Of a stretch of 64,000 bases of DNA, positions 56,412-64,000 are shown in pieces (the first letter of the stretch is position 1; each line of letters opens with the position of its first letter). Origin of the DNA: Octopus sinensis (taxonomy: Eukaryota). Where the stretch lies: contig NC_042999.1 in assembly GCF_006345805.1 (NCBI RefSeq), positions 26,102,001-26,166,000 on the forward strand. The letters run 5' to 3'. The position numbers were made by a program, and so were the translations under genes. The notes under the pieces are model-generated. The model was not told where the DNA came from and did not search any database. It worked only from the letters and a program-made list of their open reading frames with translations.

Positions 56412-56987
56412 TATATATATATATACATATATATATATGTACATACACACACATGTATGTATATATAATTGAAGGTTTTGGGTCATAAATCATCACTATG
56501 TTTCTCTACTTATTTCCGACTTCCCAAACAATTCACAGTAGTCCTCTTATGTTCTCTCCTGCTAGACAAACTGCCTATAAACGTCTGTTTCTTTCCTGTT
56601 TGTAAACGCTCTTTCATATGTATGTATTGCATTTTACTTTTAATTATTCTGTTTTTCCCGTATAATATCCATTGATCTTTTTTGTTTGACATAGAAACTT
56701 TACTTCACGCTCCGCAACACAGGCACTTTAGGCCTATAATTTTCAAGCGTCCTGATTATGCTGTAATTGGTGGTCCATCATCCCCAATCTCTATGGTATC
56801 TACAGTTTATTGACATTGCTTCCTAGTTATAAAGGAACCTGTATTTTAAACTCTGTTTAACTATTCATTTTTCAACCTTTGAAGAGAGACTTCAGAATAT
56901 CTAAACTATAGCTTCTGTTTCTTTGTTGTTATCGCAATAATGATTTTGCATAAACACACACACACATGCACACACACACACACACAC

Positions 56988-57040
<53 letters not shown>

Positions 57041-57411
57041 TATGTATATATACTTCATTTTCGCTTTAATCTTGTTACATACGCAATATTGTCACAGAAG
57101 CTCATATTTACAGCCCTCACCGCTCCATAATAATATTATTACGCACTCTCTGTAATGAGTACTTGTTATTTTCACGCAATGCAGAAAAAGGGAATTTCAA
57201 GTCGGTCGACTGATTTAATAGAAATAGCTACGATACACTCTGAAATTAGAGCGTGTCTCAACTGAATGGGAGTACTCGTAGATAGGAAAGTATTGAGAAT
57301 AGATCTTCTGAATCAGAGTCACTCATATAGGTTCAATGTTTAATGCAGATTATCTTTGGATATAGAAAACTACGATAATCTTCATTTTCAGGGCATTATA
57401 TTTCCCTATTA

Positions 57412-57830
57412 GGCGGTAAGCTGGCAGAAACTTCAGCACGCCGGGCGAAATGCTTAGCCGCTACGTTCTGAGTTCACATTCCGCCGATTTCAACTTTGCC
57501 TTTCATCCTTTCGGGGGCGATAAATCAAGTACCAGTTATGCACTGTGGTTGATGTAATCGACTTAATCCTTTTGTCTGTCGCTGTTTGTCCCCTGTATGT
57601 TTAGCCCCCTGTGGGCAATAAAGAAATAATAAACGTCAGCACGCCGGGCGAAATGCTTAGCGGTATTTCGATTCTCGTTACGGTCTGAGTTCAAATTTCG
57701 CCGAGGTGGACTTTGCCTTTCAACCTTTCGGGATCAAGAAATTAAGTACCAGTTGCGTACTGGAATCGATCTAATCGACCGGCTCACTCCACCAATATTT
57801 CGAGCCTTGTGCCTAGAACAGAAAATATCA
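57412..57830 (+). mobile_element. SINE family A, tandem dimer with a different junction
   Basis: The second unit restarts at aaacgtcagcacgccggg (57631), keeping part of the head. Confidence 0.85.
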
Positions 57831-58162
57831 TATTTCACTATTTGATATGCAAATCGAATTTTCCCACTCTGCAGGATATTTCTCATCGCCAAAGATTACC
57901 ATTCACTGATGTTCAGTAAGTGATGTTCTCAATAAACAGTGATAATTGGAAGGTATTTATTGCTGTTTCTTGTGACGTAACAAAATATCTTTGTTTGAAA
58001 CTTACTAAGGATAAATTTTCCCCAATATAATTTACATACCAGCCTTAGATCTTCATGCCAAATGACATAACTACCACATCATCTTGTATGATATATACAT
58101 GTGCATATTCATTCACAAATATATACGTACACGCGCACATACACACGCACAAATATATATAT

Positions 58163-58202
<40 letters not shown>

Positions 58203-59027
58203 GCACACACGCATGCACATATAATATATGATGGTGGCTGCAACTCGATTTCAAACCATGTCATTGCTTAATTGTTTCTTTAATACACTACAGATATGGC
58301 TTTTCAGTCCTGCTAGAGACCTTAACTCTTTTCCATAAATGTAGTTAAGAATGACATCTTTTGCACGATTAATCATCTACATTTTACGGTTACGCACAAC
58401 CATAGTATGTAACACTTTATTCCGATGTTAAAAATGCAGCGATATATGCACCAGAAGTTTCTTTGAAAATGTGGGCAGTCCTTGCAAAGGGCTACTCACA
58501 CATGTAGGTGGGAAAAAGACCTTCTATTCCCACATATACGTAGTGATATAATAAATTCTGAAATTTCAACAGAACAATTACCACCAGTAAAATTGTAGGC
58601 TGTAAGAAAAGGTCATTAACAAGTTAATTGATCGATTTATTTATATATATATCTACCATTTAACTTCGATGAGTGGAAAAAAATTAGTAAAATTCAGGAT
58701 ATGTATGGCGCTTACTCTCACCAATTATAAATACATTCTGAAGGAAAGACAACGAGGAAAGGTGTGAGAAGGTAAAAGAGCTGTATATGACTGCGTCTCA
58801 AATTTTACTACTCTTTAGTCATTCAACAATGTTGCCTTCATGCTGGCTAATCACATAAAAAAAAACAAAAAGTGAAAGTTTCGAGTCACAATGATACTTC
58901 TGATCTATCAGTCCTGGAAGAAACAAGCTGCATATCAAACTTAACATTTATCATCTTACTCACTACTTCTACAATCAAATACAGTCTTCTGAATAACCGC
59001 AATTCACTATGGCCATTGAAAGATCAC

Positions 59028-59316
59028 GACAAACAACAAAAGTAGCAATATACGGATAAGACTCTGTAAAGTGAGGCATACTTGCCATCTCAATATGGCT
59101 AACCACTAAGGGTGGGTGTTACTGTAGCTTGTAGCCCCAGGAGGACATCGTCTCCAGCTGGCTTTAGGCACACTTTCTCCAGCCAGCTGGAGACGATGTT
59201 CTCCTGGAGCTACAAGCTACAGTAACACCCACCCTTAGTGGTTAGCCATATTAAGATGGCAAGTATACCTCACTTTACAGTGTCTTATCCGTATATTGCT
59301 ACTTTTGTTGTTTGTC
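59028..59316. repeat. Near-perfect inverted repeat (arms 136 bp, loop 17 nt)
   Basis: 59028-59163 versus 59181-59316 shows five mismatches by manual alignment. Confidence 0.95.
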
Positions 59317-59559
59317 TGATACCACACATTGTCATGCAAGTACTGTTTATACCTCGTTCAGAGATTTATTATTACTCAGTAAATTATAACCATACAAACT
59401 GAAAAAAGTTCGAACACAACTTAAGGCATACGCCAGTATAGCAGTATTGAAAATCACCTCGGGGTTACTGAAGAAGAGAATTAGTAAAAAGTTAATATAT
59501 GCTGGCATGCACCTGCTGAGAGACGAATAATTAAATAGGTCACGCATGATCACATAAAG

Positions 59560-60330
59560 CGTGCTTCAGGGGGATTGAACGGAAAATGTCGATAGAAAAC
59601 GTTTATATCACCTCTCTGATAATTAGTGGACTGCGCTGCTTGATTCTGGCAACTGTTTCGTCGGCTTAAGACGTTTGATCTACTGCTTCAAGTATAAGGG
59701 ACTGCTGCGCCATCTTCTCACAACAACTATGCTTAAAAGTACCCACTGGTGTACTGCACCGCCGTCAGGTAGTGAAGGTGCATGATCGGGGTTTGCAAGG
59801 AACTTCTTATTGCAACTTGTCTCTTTGTTGGGGGGGGGCGAGACTGGTCACCAGGTACTTTGAATGAGGTCAAGCATTCACCGTCCTCTAATAAACGGTC
59901 GGTGTGGCTAGTGGAAGTTGCACCATACCGATGTATAGTGATCTAATGACTTGAAAAGGAGACAAAATTTCAGGGAACTCCCTACGAATGAACTGGTTGG
60001 TTTCGTACAGAAAACACTTTTACTGGGGGTCTATGATTTTAACTTCTAGAAATTTTCGGCCTCCCGATCTCTTGAAGAGACATAACTGAAATGAAGCCAG
60101 AGGAGATTGTCTGCGACAAACATAGTGAAGTAACATCGTATCGTTCTACACGTTCTTCTTTATATCATCAGGGTTCTTTAGCCATGATTCTACCGTAAGG
60201 AATACAGTGCTGCCTGCTTATAGCAGAAGGTGAAGCAGATTATCGATGTAGACAGCACCCCCACTTTCAATATCTTCTTGGAAATAAAAATAAATGTGAA
60301 AAGGGAAGTACGCTTCTTCAGTGAGTGGTT
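59560..60330 (+). mobile_element. Possible very degenerate 5' and endonuclease region of an RTE-type LINE
   Basis: More GC-rich non-repetitive stretch with weak APE-like remnants (FNF.., EIVCDKH.., PAYS). No intact motif. Confidence 0.3.
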
Positions 60331-60559
60331 TTAATGTTTCGTAATTATAGTAAAAACAGACATGCATAACGTGTCAACTTACAATATGAGCCTGGAGATC
60401 GGAGAACAAGAGATGAGTATGGCTTTTTCTTTTTGATGACAAGGACTGTTTAGAATTGTGGGCTCATGATCTTTCCTCTGGAAAATACACTTGCATGAGT
60501 AGGAATGTCTGATATTTGCCTGTTAAGTCATCATTTTAAACACATTAATTGTTTTCTTG

Positions 60560-60650
60560 TGGTAAATCAGTCGCATATTATTATCATCATTATCATTAAT
60601 GTTATTGTTGTTTTAATTATAATTATTACTTGTAGTAGTAGCAGTAGCAG

Positions 60651-60746
<96 letters not shown>

Positions 60747-60790
60747 CAGTATAATTAATAGTTGTAGTTTTATTATCATTGTTGTTAACA
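60560..60790. repeat. Compound (AGC)n-(AGT)n microsatellite
   Basis: Read directly from the sequence. Confidence 0.95.
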
Positions 60791-61637
60791 TCATATGTTG
60801 CGTCGTTATAGTTGTGTCTTTTGCAGAACCTGATACTATTTTATATTCTTGAAATGTGTGTCTAAATGTCCTTCAGTGATAAGAAATAGGATTTGTAATT
60901 ACTACTTTTAGGTGTTGCTTTCAAAACCATTGTGGTTATCATGTATTCTCTGGCAGAAAAATTTGTCTCTAGATATCTAAATGTAATTTGATTGCTCTCC
61001 TTCGAAGTCTCTAAGGCAGGAGGTTCCTGAAATGTTTTCTACTTGTTCATTTTAATGATTGGTCTTTGAGAAATGGCCATAGGATCTTATATAAATGAAT
61101 GTAAAGAAATAAGAGGAACATTGGGTGAGAAAGACATTCTACAACAACGAAAATAATACATCTCGAGCGAGCTCACTGTGGAAGTTACAATTTTATCAAT
61201 TGGTTTTGGATTTGAGAAAAGTCTTTCTGTTCAATGATCACTTTCATTTTAGTTTTAATGTTATTCCTCTATTAGTTCCTATATTGCCAACTCTGAATGT
61301 AAATACGCTAAACCAATATTTTCTTGCCAACAAGTTTGACGTTTTGATTTTAATAAGCACCGAATGTTCTTGTTATATATGTATAATCTCCACCAACTTT
61401 TTTGTCTATATATTTATGTATGTACACACCTAACGGAGGCCTCAAGAGATATTTTCATATCCACAAAGATTAGAACTTAACTGCAGATCTTGGTAGTCCA
61501 AATCGGATATGCAATAAATGTGGGTGCCTTTTCAAATCATTGTCTGGTTTAAAAAAAGCCACATCAGATGCCATGATGGTTCTAAGATGTTGGTACAGGA
61601 GGTGGTCAAACTCTGCATAAGGTGTAGAGACCACCAT

Positions 61638-61703
<66 letters not shown>

Positions 61704-62350
61704 TATATGTGTGTGTGTGTGTGGTGTGTGTGTGTGTATGTGTGTGTGCGTGGGTGTGTGTGCATGGGTGTTGTTCAGTATAATATTTTTAATTAGAAGT
61801 TGAAAGAATGTGCTCCGAGTGTTTCTCATTTACGATAAGGTGTTCAACACATGTTTTCTTACACATGGCATCAAAACATTGATTTCAAAATTCAAAATAT
61901 TATTTTCACTATTGATGCCATAACAACAACATTCTGCATTTATTTCTGTCTATAGTAGTTGTTTAACCGATATTGCAATACTTTAATTTAAAACTATTTC
62001 AAAATGAAATTTACACAAAATATTTTTAGACTGTGTAATGTTAAATCAATATCGAACTGCATTGATAAATTCTCACAGCAGTACCTTATAAAGTTGTGAA
62101 CGGACTATAGAACAATGATTTTTGTCACTGACTTATAGAACCTAAAATGTTTAAGTTGTGACACATTATTGCTACAATTCGCTTCAGATTTTAAACACAT
62201 GAAAGCTGTCATGAAGTGTCTCAACATATTTTATTTCTCTCTTCTTTTTTACTAAATTCTAGTCATGGTGTGGCCAAGATTACTTTTCATTCCTCCAAGA
62301 ACGATAGACCTATACTCGTTGTGTGATACAATTCATATATCTTATTTAAC

Positions 62351-62383
<33 letters not shown>

Positions 62384-63039
62384 ATATTATATATATATAT
62401 ATATATATATTAAAATTAAACTAAAGTATTACTTTCTAGCTTAGCTTCATGTCAGGTCTGCTATATGAATGATTGATCAAAAGAAATTCAGCTATGGCCA
62501 TATCGTGTGATTAGGAGTCAGGGTAATCATTTCAAATGCTTTTGTATACTACTTAACGTCAATGGTCTGATGTATAATGACTTAGATAAAAAAAATGCAA
62601 GTAACGTTTTGTGTAATAGTGTAAATTTGTGACGAAATACATGACCATAATTATTTCACGCTACATGCAGCAAATTAGTGAATTCATTTGAGTACAAGAT
62701 TTTATGCATCAAATGTGCTCTGACTGTAATGTAGTTTTATAAATTTAAAGCCTAGAAATTACAGACAGATGGTGGTGCACTGAGATCGAGGGAAGGATAC
62801 GAAGAAGGAGAGGAAGGAGCGTAAAACAGATAAAAATAATGAGAGAGTACTCGATGGATTCTGACATAGTCAGAGAAAGAGTAAGATGGAAAGTGAAATC
62901 AGGATAAATGAGACAGATTAAGAGATTCGCAGAAAATGATAGTAATAGAGGAAAAGAGACTTTGAAAGCGAGTGAGAGAGATAGAAAGCAAGATTGGGCG
63001 ATGACGCAAAAGAAAGGAGAAAGAGTGTGTGTGTCTGTG

Positions 63040-63135
63040 TGTGAATATGTGTGTGTGTTTCTGTGTGTGTGAATCTGTGTGTGTGAATCTGTGTGTGTGA
63101 ATCTGTGTGTGAATCTCTGTGTGTGTCTGTGTGTG
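63040..63135. repeat. Minisatellite (GAATCTGTGTGTGT)n, about four to five units
   Basis: Read directly from the sequence. Confidence 0.85.
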
Positions 63136-64000
63136 TATGTGAATTTACGTGTGTAACTTAATTACTACATTTTGAATCTCGTCAAACGTAAAGCCATCGA
63201 CTGAGAAATAAAGCAATATCACTGGGGAAATCTGTATAATAGGAAATATTCAAAGACAGAATCATGATATTGAATGGGAAGTAGGCACGAGTTTATTTTT
63301 ACAGTTAGAAGAAATACTTGCAAGAATTGTAGGAATGTAATCGCAAAGATCTTTTTAAAATAACAGGATTTCCATTGTCCTTTGAAGCATTGATATTTAG
63401 AGTATATATACATTAGGATACATTAGGAAGCATCTGAGAAACATTTTAGGAGGCGGATTGAATAAAAGATAAATCATCGTATGCTATTGAAACTATGTTT
63501 GTTATATCAGATCGTCCCAGTGAGATATATTGTAAGAGGCACTTTTTTTTTATCACGCTAAATAATGGTAAATGTGGAATCTGTATACTTTAATAATGAT
63601 CTGTGGATGGAAGAGTTTGATAAATTAAAGAATATTGAGGAATTTAGAATTTAATATAGGATCGGTGGCTACTTCTAAAGCCGAACGTGAGGAATATAGA
63701 ACAAGTAGTTTTCTTTTGATTGAATGAAGGCAAAGATAATAAATGTTTGAAGAAATTGGCGTCGTTGTGCATCATCAAAAATGTATACAGTATTCGTGAC
63801 TATACAAACACATATAATCAATGTATTATAGTAAACATAGGCATCGATATGTCTATAAAGGCGTGTGAGTTTCATATCGAAATTCTCAAAAGAATATATA
63901 AATCGTAGGTGATGAAATTTAATGCCAGAAAAAGCACCGTTACACTTTGCTTTCTTCTTCAGAGACGAGTAGTTTTTACTGGTGTCAACTGCTTAGAATT

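Overview
AT-rich, microsatellite-saturated animal genomic DNA, most likely from an octopod cephalopod. That assignment rests on my recollection of octopus SINE/LINE families, not on a database search. No intact host protein-coding gene is recognisable; most ORF-track entries are translations of simple repeats. The window holds decayed mobile elements: a Penelope-like element (PLE, RT plus C-terminal GIY-YIG) with an inverted pseudo-LTR (2230-5380), a second PLE RT fragment (51850-52730), a near full-length RTE/BovB-type LINE (29650-33090), an R4/Dong-like endonuclease 3' end (40085-40738), an RTE-type 3' end, a Helitron end, a MITE, and several tRNA-derived SINE families, one forming recurrent tandem multimers. 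The most notable pattern is repeated type I hammerhead-ribozyme-like motifs (CTGANGA-stem II-GAAA-short or palindromic stem III). They occur as outward-facing pairs at four loci, with two weaker cases. One pair belongs to a head-to-head element made of a tRNA-like head, (AAT)n and a hammerhead tail, a candidate PLE-mobilised SINE.
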